The notes under the pieces: generated by a model
Databases searched by the model: none
What the model was told of the DNA's origin: nothing
The model's input: only the letters and a program-made list of their open reading frames with translations
Shown here: in pieces, positions 12,354-25,168 of the stretch
How the letters are laid out: each line of letters begins with the position of its first letter
How positions within the stretch are numbered: position 1 is the stretch's first letter
Program-made: the position numbers and the translations under genes
Source of the DNA: Octopus vulgaris
Lineage: Eukaryota
NCBI GenBank assembly: GCA_951406725.2
Contig: OX597814.1
Location: 200,942,001 to 201,006,000 of the forward strand
Reading direction: 5' to 3'
Length of the DNA stretch: 64,000 nucleotides

Positions 12354-15028
12354 TGTAGTGATCCTATACAACGGCGCGCGCTCGCGCACCGTCCATTTGT
12401 ATTTCGCGCGTGCGAGGTTGGTGCTTTCACCACCGGAAGAAGAACCCTTTTGCCTACGTAGCAGTTAGCCGAGGCAAGGGGATCGTAAGACGTTGACCAC
12501 CAGCGTCCAGCAAGCAGCGACTTGAGACAGCAGCGACTGAAGGCGACGGTCACGTATATTTTTTCTCCGTCCGAACTTGATTCTAGCAGCACCTTACCAA
12601 AAGGCCTTTAACCAAATTGTTGCAGACCACATCTTCTCCCTGTTCCGGACGCCATCTTTGACCAGTGTCGTTTTGCATTTGAACACTTTCTTATTTTACT
12701 GCGATAAGGTTCAGCACTGACACATTTATACCAAAGGGATACCAGATAACCACTTATTGTTACTGTTACCACATTAGAGAATAAAGTAGTATATATATTA
12801 TTTACGTCTGCGTCTTGTTGTTTCTGACTGGTAGAATTCTGGATTGTTAAAGCAACGGATAGTGATTGCTTTCTTGTACCCCGAAAGTACAAGAGAAGAT
12901 ATATTCACTAAGTTCTTTACAGTGGTGACCCCCGACGTGATTCTGGTCTAAAACCAGAGATCACTGAACAACAAAAAATCCAGTTTTTCTGCGAAGTCGG
13001 AACACGATTAACTCTACGCATTCATCTTTCGACGATTTGTTTTCCGGCCACCACAAACAGTTATAGAAGGAGCCTTTTTTATTCTTCAACATGATGACGG
13101 ACGCCATCACATCATCGATGCTATTTCTCTGCCTTCGTCATCACCATCGTCGTCTTTCTACTTCACGTCGTCGTTATCTTCGTCGTCATCACCACTAAGA
13201 ACAATGTTGTCTCAAGTCCACTACAGTCGCCTTCCTCCACCACCGTCGCCTTTCAACACCGTCGACCAAGATGTACATAGCAACTCGCGGAACTTTAGCG
13301 TGCACGCTGTATGTGCATATGCACACCAAGGATTAACAGCACCGTCTATCTGCGAGATTCTTCTGTAACGATTTAACATGTCACAGCATCGAAGCTACAA
13401 CCGCTACACATTGTGTTCAATCGGCATCTGCATTTGTGATTTCAACATTCTGTTACAGAACGAACTGCTATTGTGCATCAGGCTATTACAGACTGGTAAA
13501 CTAACTCCATTGTCTGGAATAGCCTTGAGAGACATTTTTTTCTATGCGCTGTATTTTTTATTTATTTTTGCTCGCATTCACCTTGTATGTATTTCTGTCG
13601 CACACACGTACACACACATAAATGCTATCTCTCTCACATACATACGTCACACATGCTTTTCTCGCTTGTTGTATACCATGCTAATTTGCCTTTGTGGACA
13701 CACCTCATTTCTGTAGACCCTGTCGGTCACGTATACATAGAGAGGGTTGTTTGTTCATTATAACGCGCCAGCATGTCATACTTTTGTTCCTGTACGAACG
13801 AGGCATATAATCGCTCAACCACTGGCATATTCATTGCTGTTTTTCGGTCTGGCAAGCACTATTGCATTTCATGCGCCTTTGCTTCGCACGTGTATTGCCT
13901 TGTTTTTGCAACACGTTTGCGTTAGCTTAATTCTTTTCCCGACTCATAGAATGTCGGATGTTCACATGCGCTGCGCCATGTATAGGCGTAATTTCTCCCT
14001 GTTAGACCCCTGTTGGTCACGTAATTAACAGAGAAAATTATCTGTGTCGCGCATCACACCAGCATGCTTGCACTTTTGCCTTTTGTGTTACTAGCGATCT
14101 ATCTGTCGATTCCATTTCCTCTCCTGCAGCAATTGATTTAACTGCTATTTCGCAGGATCAGTTGATCCTGCGAAATAGAGAAGTTGGATTTAATTTCGCC
14201 TAGGTTCATTAACTGTGAGTTTGCTTTCCTCCCGCTCCCTACAGCGGAAGGCTCTATACTTTGTGACGTATCCACTTTCATGCATGCACTTTTGAATTTT
14301 GCTCATTTTGAGTATTTTTTTTCCTTTAGTAAATTTCTTGTGTATGATGTAAATTTTGCCATTTTATTATATTGTGTGCTATTTGGTTATCTGGTGTCCA
14401 CCTTGAGTTTTATAGTCTATACAGGGAATTTTGTGTCGTGCTTGCGCACTGGGGTGGAGCTCTGTAGTGATCCTATACAACGGCGCGCTCGCGCACCGTC
14501 CATTTGTATTTCGCGCGTGCGAGGTTGGTGCTTTCACCACCGGAAGAAGAACCCTTTTGCCTACGTAGCAGTTAGCCGAGGCAAGGGGATCGTAAGACGT
14601 TGACCACCAGCGTCCAGCAAGCAGCGACTTGAGACAGCAGCGACTGAAGGCGACGGTCACGTATATTTTTTCTCCGTCCGAACTTGATTCTAGCAGCACC
14701 TTACCAAAAGGCCTTTAACCAAATTGTTGCAGACCACATCTTCTCCCTGTTCCGGACGCCATCTTTGACCAGTGTCGTTTTGCATTTGAACACTTTCTTA
14801 TTTTACAGCGATAAGGTTCAGCACTGACACATTTATACCAAAGGGATACCAGATAACCACTTATTGTTACTGTTACCACATTAGAGAATAAAGTAGTATA
14901 TATATTATTTACGTCTGCGTCTTGTTGTTTCTGACTGGTAGAATTCTGGATTGTTAAAGCAACGGATAGTGATTGCTTTCTTGTACCCCGAAAGTACAAG
15001 AGAAGATATATTCACTAAGTTCGTTACA
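12354..15028 (+). mobile_element. Young non-autonomous Gypsy-type LTR retroelement (2.67 kb)
   Basis: LTRs 12354-12921 and 14463-15028 (TGTA...TACA) with only three differences found by eye. TACC TSD at 12350-12353 and 15029-15032, PBS at 12923-12941, purine tract TGGGGTGGAG at 14450-14459. No gag/pol ORF. Confidence 0.93.
12923..12941 (+). promoter_or_regulatory. Primer-binding site complementary to the tRNA-Trp 3' end
   Basis: TGGTGACCCCCGACGTGAT, one extra C relative to TGGTGACCCCGACGTGAT, starting 1 nt after the 5' LTR. Confidence 0.85.
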
Positions 15029-15039
15029 TACCTTTTTAT

Positions 15040-15346
15040 ACTCAACCGACTATCAAAGAGAATGGCGACGTACCGTAAAAGAGGGAATACAAAGGAGTGA
15101 CAGAGAGAGAGAGAGAGAGAGAGAAGGGAAATGGAAAGACATCAACAAGAAACTATGACATTACAACCAGCCAGGAACAGTCTTCGCTACATTTGCGGTA
15201 CCTGCCAGAGGGAGTGTTTGTCCAGGATAGGACTACATAGCCACAGCAGGAAATGTATCAGGTCATGAAACATAAAAGCCGGACTAGACTACTTCCTGTG
15301 CAACTCCATTGTCTCCCGAGACAGAAAGGATGCCAACCAACCAACC
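15040..15346 (+). mobile_element. RTE LINE 3' end
   Basis: DYQREWRRTVKEG... then YICGTCQRECLSRIGLHSHSRKC (RTE C-terminal Cys/His motif), a TGTCTCCCGAGACA hairpin and a (CCAA)n tail. Confidence 0.85.
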
Positions 15347-17248
15347 TTTTTATATAAAGTTAGTGAATTGCTTGGATGAAGAATATATCTTGATGCTAAG
15401 AGACAAAGACATGTTTGAAGCACTTACGTCTTTGAGACCAAATATCGTTAATCCATTTTCAGTGACTGAAATCTATAATTTTAATGTAAAAACTCAGAAA
15501 CAATACTGGCAAATCAAACAGAAGCGTATAAACAAATATTGTCTACAAATTCCATGAGATGTGTAATCTAACTCATTAACCGCTATCAATACACCGTTCA
15601 GATTGTTTTGGTATAATTTTTTAATTGTGGATTATCCGGTTGATTTGCAATATTTGTTATCGTAATCTTTCATTTTAAGTAAATCCCTCAAACCCAGCTA
15701 AACCTGTCATTGATTTAGTGCCGCTGGTGTTCCTAATGATTGAAATATTGTCATACACGCATGATAGCTTGTACCAAAAGTTAATAACGAATTACAACTA
15801 TTGTTGTGTAATGAGGCCTAGAATCAAAACCTTACAGCTTTAACAACCAGGATTAGACTGCACGTAGATCAGGCAATGTGGCCAGGATATTAACAATCCA
15901 CTTGGTGGAATATCACCCCATATTAGAGAATGTTCTCTTTTGTTCCAGTAGTTTGCACGCTTTGGTGCTTATATAAGCAACAACGAAGCAGAAGTAAACA
16001 GACAAATTTCCTTGGTTGCAGATCAACTCCAGGTTAAAGGAATCTTCGACTGCAATGACCAGAGCATTATTTCTGCCTCACATACGACGCTAATCTCTTC
16101 TGTTATTAATGTAATTACAAACCACATTCATTCTAGCATACCGCTATACACGACTGGCAAGCAACGATGTATAAATATAAATAATATAATATACCGCGAT
16201 AACAATAATTGTTAATTAAACAACGATGGCTTTGGTTTATTAATGGGACACCACGCAGTCTATCGTAATACCACTACATCTAGGCCCATCCGAACCTCAT
16301 GCCACAGCTGGTTGATAAACAACGGCAATATAACCCTCCTTTGGCATTTATGACAAACAGTGTACATGAACTTACAGTTTGCTCGATTACGTCTCTCTCT
16401 CCCCTAGATTTAATAAGATCCACACCAGTGTTGTCGGTTCTATAAAGTCATTTTCGAAGGAGCTACTTTTAACTAGCTCACTTCGTTGGTAAAATTGCGA
16501 TTTGACTGACAGAAATTTGTTAATTAGGCATCTTCATATTTCTCATAATACGATTTCACTATCTGGAATGTCTCTTTCTCCAACATGAAAAATCACTGAT
16601 GTAAGTCGATATTATTAATTCCAGCATCCAGGCGTGTGCGGCGAATAATTTTCAGCTGATCCATAAAAGCGCATTTCATCGCTTGATTTTGTAATCGGCA
16701 ATAAACTCTCGAATTTGGCTGGTCATTATTGTGAACAATAGAATGGAATTTCACACGTTCAACACCCTCAGCTTTTATTGATCAGAATTATTGACGAATT
16801 TGGTATTTAATTTCTGCATAGCCTAGGTCGTTGAGTGGCTATGCAAGCGTCTGGGATTTCGCAAATGAATGTAAATTTCCATTGTTTGCCACATCTGTCA
16901 CGTTAGGCTTTGAGTCACAAAATAATAACAATCGCCTGAAAAATTAATCTACCTTTTAGATTAATACTGCTTAAAAACTTATCTCTGTCGTCGACGAGCT
17001 GGTAGAATCGTTAGTGCATAGGACAAAATGTTTAGCGTCTTTTCTTCCAGTTCTTTCGAATCCCGCCGAAGTCAACTTTCGGGGTCGAGAAAATAAGGAC
17101 CAATCAAGCACTAGGTTGATGTGATTGCCGTGTCACACTTTCCTCAAAATTGTGCTAGAATTAGGATTAAGTTTGGCTTTTGTTTTTGTTGAGTTTTTAG
17201 ATGTAATAGGTTGTGGTGTCAACTAATGAGACTCCTCTCAAATATTAT

Positions 17249-18176
17249 TGTAGTAGGAACCCGGTAAAGAAAGTATAAAACACCAAGTGGTAACTTTAAA
17301 TACGTTTATTGTGGTTACACATATATACACACTAGCTGAATGGATGTGGTTGAAGTACATTTGTTCCTATATCTACATGCACCTGCGTGGCTTGTATGTT
17401 AGCTGTTAACCCTGGTGAGGAAAACTCACGAACTGCAAAGTTAGAACCAGTGCAGTGTGTTGGTGCTGTGTAGATGTTGGCAACGTTGCTGAGAGACATT
17501 AGTGGTGGCGACGAAAATGGAGGTCGCTGCAATGTGGCCAGTGGTTAGACCTTAGAAAGTCTAGAACTAACTGAATTTCTTTATTCGCCTATAAAAAGCA
17601 TATAGAGAAGGTACAGAACAGGGGGGGAGACGAAACAAGGACAATCTTACAGAGGGCTGGGGTTATAATCATTTAAAATTTGGATGAGATCCGGAATGAT
17701 AAATGCAATCTTAAATCGAAAAATGAAAATGCAGTTAAAATCGAAAATGAAAACCGCAATTAAATATATAACTACAGAATTATATAGTTCAAGGGTTCAT
17801 TTTTAACCCGCCGTTTGTTTTTTTTTTTATTTCCTTTACTGTTTTTTTTTCTTACTTTCTTCTTTTCGTCTTGACCGGCTACACTAACAGTCTAGAACTA
17901 ACTGACTCCGAGCCTAGGAACAGGTGAACTTTTATAGCTGACGGGGTAGGCTCAAATGCTTGTTTGGAACAGGCTGTCTCGCGTGACTTATTTGAAGGCT
18001 GCGATTAGTTTGGTTGCATATTGGCGTGCGCTAGAGTAAGAGACAAATTGCGCCAATACCAACCAATCAGAGTGGTGAGCACAACGGGGTCCAAAATAGT
18101 GACCAAAGGTTAGCTGTTACCTGCTACGTTCGTAAGCATGTAGTATAAGAGAGGAAGCTCACTAGAGTTCGCTACA
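17249..18176 (-). mobile_element. Probable solo LTR interrupted by a non-LTR insertion
   Basis: TGTAG...CTACA termini; on the minus strand TATAAAA (~17930) and AATAAA (~17306). No TSD found. Confidence 0.45.
17575..17888 (-). mobile_element. 5'-truncated non-LTR insertion with a 17-bp TSD
   Basis: AGTCTAGAACTAACTGA at 17558-17574 and 17889-17905. The minus strand ends ...GGCGAATAAAGAAAT. Confidence 0.75.
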
Positions 18177-18677
18177 AGTTGTTTTCTGGCAGGTGGATTA
18201 GTTGGTTTGCTTACGCGCTGCTCTCAAATAACACCAACAACAATATTTAGATTTTATTAACATGTTATTTCGTTTTGGGATTTGGTTTGCAAGATTCTTT
18301 ATATGAGTTCGTGTGTTGAAGCATATTCTGTTGTGTCTGGGGAAAGTAATTTTCTTTTTTTTTTGTACCTTATAATGTAACACACTCACCGGTAAAATTT
18401 CCACTTTTATTTTTATTTTCCTAAAATTTTCGTTGCAACAGAATTAACATGTTAATTTACAGATTGATGTTATACTGAATGCTAATAGCTAATGTGCGAA
18501 TATGTCTTCATGCTTGGTGAGAGGAAGAAATGTTACGTCATCGTGCTAGGCGCGAGGAGATATTTTTACAGGAGGTCGGAGCGGTATGGCAGCAGGCTAA
18601 CCAAGAAAACTTGTACGAGTCCCCTTGATTCCTCTGCGTGGTATTTCTCGCGAATCTCAACTTATAACCATGATTTT

Positions 18678-19075
18678 GGCGAGGAGTGGCTGTGTGGTAA
18701 GTAGCTTGCTTACCAACCACATGGTCCCGGGTTCAGTCCCACTACATGGCACCTTGGGCAAGTGTCTTCTACTATATCCTTGGGCTAACCAAAGCCTTGT
18801 GAGTGGATTTGGTAGACGTAAACTGAAAGAAGCCCGTCGTATATATGTATGTATATATATATGTGTGTGTATGTTTGTGTGTCTGTGTTTGTCCCCCTAG
18901 CATTGCTTGACAACCGATGCTGGTGTTTTTACGTCCCCGTCACTTAGCGGTTCGGCAAAAGAGACCGATAGAATAAGTACTGGGCTTACAAAGAATAAGT
19001 CCTGGGGTCGATTTGCTCGACTAAAGGCGGTGCTCCAGCATGGCCGCAGTCAAATGACTAAAACAAGTAAAAGAG
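18678..19075 (+). mobile_element. SINE family A (full length)
   Basis: Complete head-to-tail match to family A. Confidence 0.92.
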
Positions 19076-19513
19076 AGCAAAGAGTAAACCACATGGGATT
19101 TTCCGTTAATCTTAACACCACAAAAATACGCCATAACAATGATTGGCTGAAATATCGCCTGATAAAGACCGTCACCCCTAAATGTGGAAACTTGATGTGC
19201 TGTGGTCTCTTTTTTGTTACTGAACTGATAGGGTTTCGAATTCTTGGTACGGTTACACTTTCATTTATATAAGCAACACCCATGTCCTAACTAGACATGT
19301 TGAGAGGCAACAAGTTTTTGCATCTAAAGATTGGAACAGGTGAGGTGCTATGCGATTGAAAACTGATGTCTCTTTATAAAATTTATTGCAAAACTGAATG
19401 AATATGAGCGGAATTTGCATAAAATATGTGAGGTACCCAGAAGTGTGATCTTTTACAATTTGGTTATTTTGGGGCTTTTATAAAAACCCATTAGAAGGTT
19501 CTAGAAAGTTGAA

Positions 19514-19630
19514 TCACGTGATGGCTCAACGTTGATTGATTGATTAATTGGCCGACCACGTGAAATAATACTGATCTCAGCTTGCATTCGCACGGCTGCC
19601 CAACGATTCAGAGTTGAATCTGCTATAAAT
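19514..19630 (+). promoter_or_regulatory. Candidate Pol II promoter
   Basis: TCACGTGA (19514), reverse CCAAT (~19547), CCACGTGA (19556) and TATAAAT (19624) in apparently unique DNA. Motif evidence only. Confidence 0.3.
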
Positions 19631-20310
19631 TTAAAGACTTGGAGCAGTGTTAGATTTTAGATGTCTCCAAGACAACTTGTGTAGAGGTAAAACATATATC
19701 GCTCTGTGCATCGAAAACATAACTAGCAATATTAGGTTTTACAGGAAATAGTGAATCAAATTATTAACAATATCATTAAAAGCAAGCTTTAGACAAATGT
19801 TATTTTGATTTGAATACCTTGTCTGATAGAGAAAGATAGTAAATTCGACCATAGAATTTCTTTCTAATGTAATATTTACTGATTTCTTGTCTTTGTTTTT
19901 ATATCCGTACTTTCACGATTTCTCATAAAATATCAATAAACTCTGGCAAATGAATGCTATGAAAACGATCATAATAACTGGAGAAATACTAACTTTATTT
20001 ATTAGTCATCATCAAGTACAAAAGAAATATCAGGAGGACATGAATTTGCTCCAAATCTAATTTTTCCTTGGCCAGGCAGTTTTATTACAAACTACGCAGA
20101 ACTTTAAAATGATAATTAATGTCACAATATCTTTAACGGAATCTTTAGTCTCCAGAACGATTTTCTTTTTGTTTTGATCTAACTATTGTAAGATAGTTTA
20201 CAATAAATTGAATGAGACATTATGATATTTGAAAAATTTTAGTGTCTAACAAAAGTAATTCCAGAAAGGTAAGTTACTATATACACACACACACACACAC
20301 ACACTTACAT

Positions 20311-21180
20311 ACAAGGTGGGGCGGAGGAGACGGACGTTTTTGAAATGGCTATTACTCAGCCCCAGCGGGAGAACTATATATTTGACAGGTATTATTAGGT
20401 CCAGTGGTTAGAGCAGCGGACTCGCGGTCGAGGGATCGCGGGTTCGAATCTCAGACCGGGCGATGTGTGTGTTTATGAGCGAAACACCTAAGTTCCACGC
20501 GGCACCGGCAGAAGGTAATGGCGAACTTCTGCTGACTCTTTCGTCACAACTTTCTCTCACTCTTTCCTCCTGCATCCTGCAGCTCCCCTGCGACGAACCG
20601 GCATCCCGTCCAGGTGGGAAACCTATACTCCAAGGAAACCGGGAAACCGGCCCTTATGAGCCAGGCATGGCTCGAGAAGGAACAAACACACCATTCGGTC
20701 TGTGTTGTCTTAACATTATTTCTTTCTTTTCAGGTGAAGCCGTGGTTCTGCGGACGATAGAGCACTGTGAGTCTGCCTATAACAGTTATGAGAAGAATAA
20801 CGAGTCTGTCACCGCGGTTCAGCATGAGGTTCGGTGCCACTTTAACATTCACTGAAATCAGGCTGTTCTCCCCCGTAACACATTCTTACGTTGGGCGAAT
20901 GCACTTCGTACATTAGTGTACATTCACGAGGTACACTAATGAATAGGAGACCGGTGGGGGCGCCACCAACGGTACGGACCCCGGAAAATGTGGAATGCGT
21001 CAGGCAAGCTTTCAGAAATGCATCTATGAAAACGGACACTACGTGATGGATGTTGTTTTCCACATTTGATTTCGACAGATTCTAATTCAATACGAACACA
21101 TTGATGACAATAAAATTTGTTTGCAGCTAAAATTAATGATCTTGTGAATTTTTCAAAAACGTCCGTCCTCTCTGTCCTCT
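20311..21180 (+). mobile_element. Internally deleted Tc1/mariner-superfamily element containing a SINE
   Basis: TIR GACGGACGTTTTTGAAA (~20328-20345) mirrors TTTCAAAAACGTCCGTC (~21151-21167). The internal NNESVTAVQHEVRCHFNIH...LRWANALR...RTPENVECVRQA resembles a DUF4817-type transposase N-terminus. Confidence 0.75.
20398..20688 (+). mobile_element. tRNA-headed SINE, family D
   Basis: CCAGTGGTTAGAGCAGCGGACTCGCGGTCG...GGTTCGAATCTC head. A close copy lies at 53797-54099. Confidence 0.85.
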
Positions 21181-21212
21181 GTGTGTGTGTATATATATGA
21201 ACTTGTTTTAAT

Positions 21213-21265
<53 letters not shown>

Positions 21266-21317
21266 ATCATCAATCGATAATAGGGCCCCTGGAAAGGATC
21301 CTTATATATATATAGCC

Positions 21318-21919
<602 letters not shown>

Positions 21920-21965
21920 ATAATACATACATATATATATACATACATATATATATATATGTATA

Positions 21966-22012
<47 letters not shown>

Positions 22013-22666
22013 ATAAAAATAGCTAGATGGATTGATATTGTAACTTGTTTAAAATATATGAAACAAAATCATTTAAACAAAGTTAATACATCAAAGAAAT
22101 GTTGAAAACCATATAAAAACAATATTTTACCTAAATCCACTTATAATCTATTAATTCTGGTGGAAAAAATCCCTTTTAGAAAGAGAAATAAGATCAGGAA
22201 AGGGTTTTTGTGGATTTTATATCCTCAACATATTAAAGTGAGTTTGCACCACAAAGACCGGTCCTCTTCAGAACTAGGTAACACTTCAGGCTCCCAACAA
22301 TCATTTAATATCATACAAAGCACAAGTGATATTCACCAACGAATATTTCCCTCAAATTGTGGCACAGTGCTGCTACAACATTTATAGATATTCCTGACCA
22401 TGCTATCAAACAACCATCTGACTAATTGAGGCAAAGCAATTCAGTAACACATCCTAACATCTCATCCTTCCTACAAAATCTGTCGTCTGAAAGAGATCAT
22501 GTGTTTGAACCATCAAGCGCTTTAAATGCATTTTTTGTTAAGCCACAATATCACATTTGTTTTCCACTTGTAGCTTCCTGATATACAACACAGTTAGTTA
22601 TGCTCTAGATATCAAAGTGACCGAACATAGTATTTAACAATTTCTGTTATTTTCACTTTGGTTCAC

Positions 22667-23046
22667 TCTTTTACTCTTTTACTTGTTTCAGTCATTTGAC
22701 TGTGGCCATGCTGGAGCACTGCCTTTAGTCAAGCAAATCAACCCCAGGACTTATTCTTTGTAAGCCCAGTACTTATTCTATCGGTCTCTTTGGCCGAACC
22801 GCTAAGTTACGGGGACGTAAACACACTAGCATCGGTTGTCAAGCAATGCTAGGGGGACAAACACAGACACACAAACACACACACATATATATATACATAC
22901 GACAGGCTTCTTTCAGTTTCCGCCTACCAAATCCACTCACAAGGCATTGGTTGGCCTGGGGCTATAGCAGAAGACACTTGCCCAAGATACCACGCAGTGG
23001 GACTGAACCCGGAACCATGTGGTTGGTTACCACACAGCCACTCCTG
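22667..23046 (-). mobile_element. SINE family A
   Basis: Matches the family A consensus. Confidence 0.9.
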
Positions 23047-23309
23047 TTTGTTCTACTTCTGTGGTGTTAAATGGCGTTAAATGACTCTGTTACACAACAG
23101 AATGACTTTTCTTGGAGAAACACTTGTAGAATAATCATTATAATTCAGGTTAGTATAGAATATTCCGATACAATATTGATATGAATACATCATTTGATTA
23201 ACAGTTGAATATAAAAATTGTGGCCTCCAGCCATCTGATATATAACATTTGTTTTTGATATACAAGTAAGTATAGCTATCTAGACATTTTGAAAAGAGCC
23301 AATACAAGA

Positions 23310-23587
23310 CCACTTAGGGAAATCATCACAGAATGAAGATTAAAACTAGCAGGTCACATTCTCTGGCTACCAGAACAATGCCATTCTAAAACACACGGAC
23401 ACCACCAGAGGGCCAAAAAAGAAAAAAAAAAGAGAGAAAGATAGAAAACTACAAAGTGGAGAACATTCTTAACTGACATGTGGGAGGCTGAAGTCACATG
23501 GCCAGACATAGAGGAAACTACAACCAACAGAAATCAGTGGTCTCAGCTTTCTTCCCAATGTGCTTGAGGGCACAGGAGGAACTAAGT
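23310..23587 (+). mobile_element. RTE LINE 3' coding end
   Basis: RLKLAGHILWLPEQ...TPPEGQKRK...WRTFLTDMWEAEVTWPDIEETTTNRNQWSQLSSQCA*GHRRN*, with frameshifts. Confidence 0.7.
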
Positions 23588-23715
23588 GAAATATCAAAGT
23601 ATTTCTAGTTGCATAGAGCTTTCGGTTTATAATCCTCCTCCTCCTCCTCCTCCTCCTCCTCCTCCTCCTCTTCCTCTTCCTCCTCCTCCTCCTCCTCCTC
23701 CTCCTCCTCCTCCTC

Positions 23716-23969
23716 ATCATCATCATCATCATCGTTCAATGTCCACTGTCCATGCTGGCATGGGTTGGATGGTTTGGCAGGAGTTGGCCAGCCAGAAAGC
23801 TACATCAGGCTCCAACTGTCTGTTTTGGCTTGGTTTCTAGGGCTGGATGCCCTTTCTAATGCCAACCGTTTTACAGAGTGTGCAGAGTGCATTTTACATG
23901 GAACTGGCATGGGTGCTTTATATATGAAACCAGCAGGGGGACTTATATGGGTTATTGGTGCCGTCCTTG

Positions 23970-24012
<43 letters not shown>

Positions 24013-24300
24013 TTAACGTCTGTTGTCCATGCTGGCATAGGATGGATAGATTGATGGGGATGGCATGCTGGAAGGCTGCACCAGACTTCAGTCTGATTTG
24101 GCATGGCTTTCTACTGCTGGATGCCCTTCCTAATGCCAACCACTCTGAGAGTGTAATGGGTACTTTTACATGCCACCGGCATGGGTATCTGACATCAGTA
24201 TCTGCTACAACAGTGATTTTGCTTGGTTTGATGGGTCTTCTTGTCAAGCACAGCATAATGCCAAAGGTCTTGGTCATTGCCTCCATGTGGCCCAACATAT
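23716..24300 (-). mobile_element. Two family C (RTE 3' UTR) copies with (ATG)n tails
   Basis: (CAT)n followed by TCCATGCTGGCATGGG...GGATGCCCTTCCTAATGCCAACC. The second copy extends into an RTE-like C-terminus (MTKDLWHYAVL..KT). Confidence 0.8.
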
Positions 24301-24829
24301 CTTTGGTAAAACATATTTGTAATCATGTCAACTTATTCATGTGTTTGAGGTTGTCAAGTAAACAAGAATTAGTTATATCGTTCCTTAGACTCAAGTCCTT
24401 CAGAAAGGGCAGACTTGGTTACCAAAGACTGTCCTTTCTGAAATATTTTCTGTCTCTGAAGAGGAAAGTTAAGTTTTGATTGGCAAATGTTGCTTTTATG
24501 AACATAGGGCTGCTAGGGGGGTGGGGTACCAATGAAATTAGGGTCTGGCATTTATAGTTGTTTGGGGAGGATTTAATCACATTTTCCGAAAGAAAAGAAT
24601 GTGAGGTAGAAAATTGCTTTCTGGATAAGTACAATCCCCCTTCTTTGTACTACTGAAAGGAGACAAAACTATTATAAACCATTGTGAAATATTTTCAAAA
24701 TCATTCATCAGGGAGACATCTATGCATCCACATTATTGTTAGGTGATTGTAAAATAAATATTAAAGTTTACCTCAGGCTGTGAGGCCCATTAGGCTTGAG
24801 TTTATCTTACTTTCCATGGCATTTAACCA

Positions 24830-25168
24830 TTGTGGATGATGCTAGTGCTGCCTGGCTGGCACCTGTGCTGGTGGCACGTAAAAAGCACCATTCAAGCATG
24901 GCCGATGTCAGTGTTGCTTGGCACATAAAAAGTACCATTCAAGTGTGGTCAATACCAGTGCCACCTAACTGGCTCCTGTGCCAGTGGCTCATAAAAATAA
25001 CTGATTACACTTTCAGAGTGGTTGACATTAGGAAGGGCATCCAGCTGTAGAAACTTTACCAGATCAGATTGGAGCCTGGTGCAGCCTCCTGGCTTGCCAG
25101 TCCTCAGTCAAACCGTCCCACCCATGCCAGCATGGAAAGCAGACATTAAACGATGATGATCATGATGA
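24830..25168 (+). mobile_element. Family C repeat
   Basis: GGCACGTAAAAAGCACC repeats, GGAAGGGCATCCAGCTGTAGAAAC and an (ATG)n tail. Confidence 0.8.

Noticed and set aside
20398-20460. tRNA gene-like sequences at SINE heads
   Set aside because: They continue into SINE bodies and lack a complete cloverleaf.
23469-24016. Poly-Arg, poly-Pro and poly-Met ORFs
   Set aside because: (CCT)n and (CAT)n repeats and retroelement tails.
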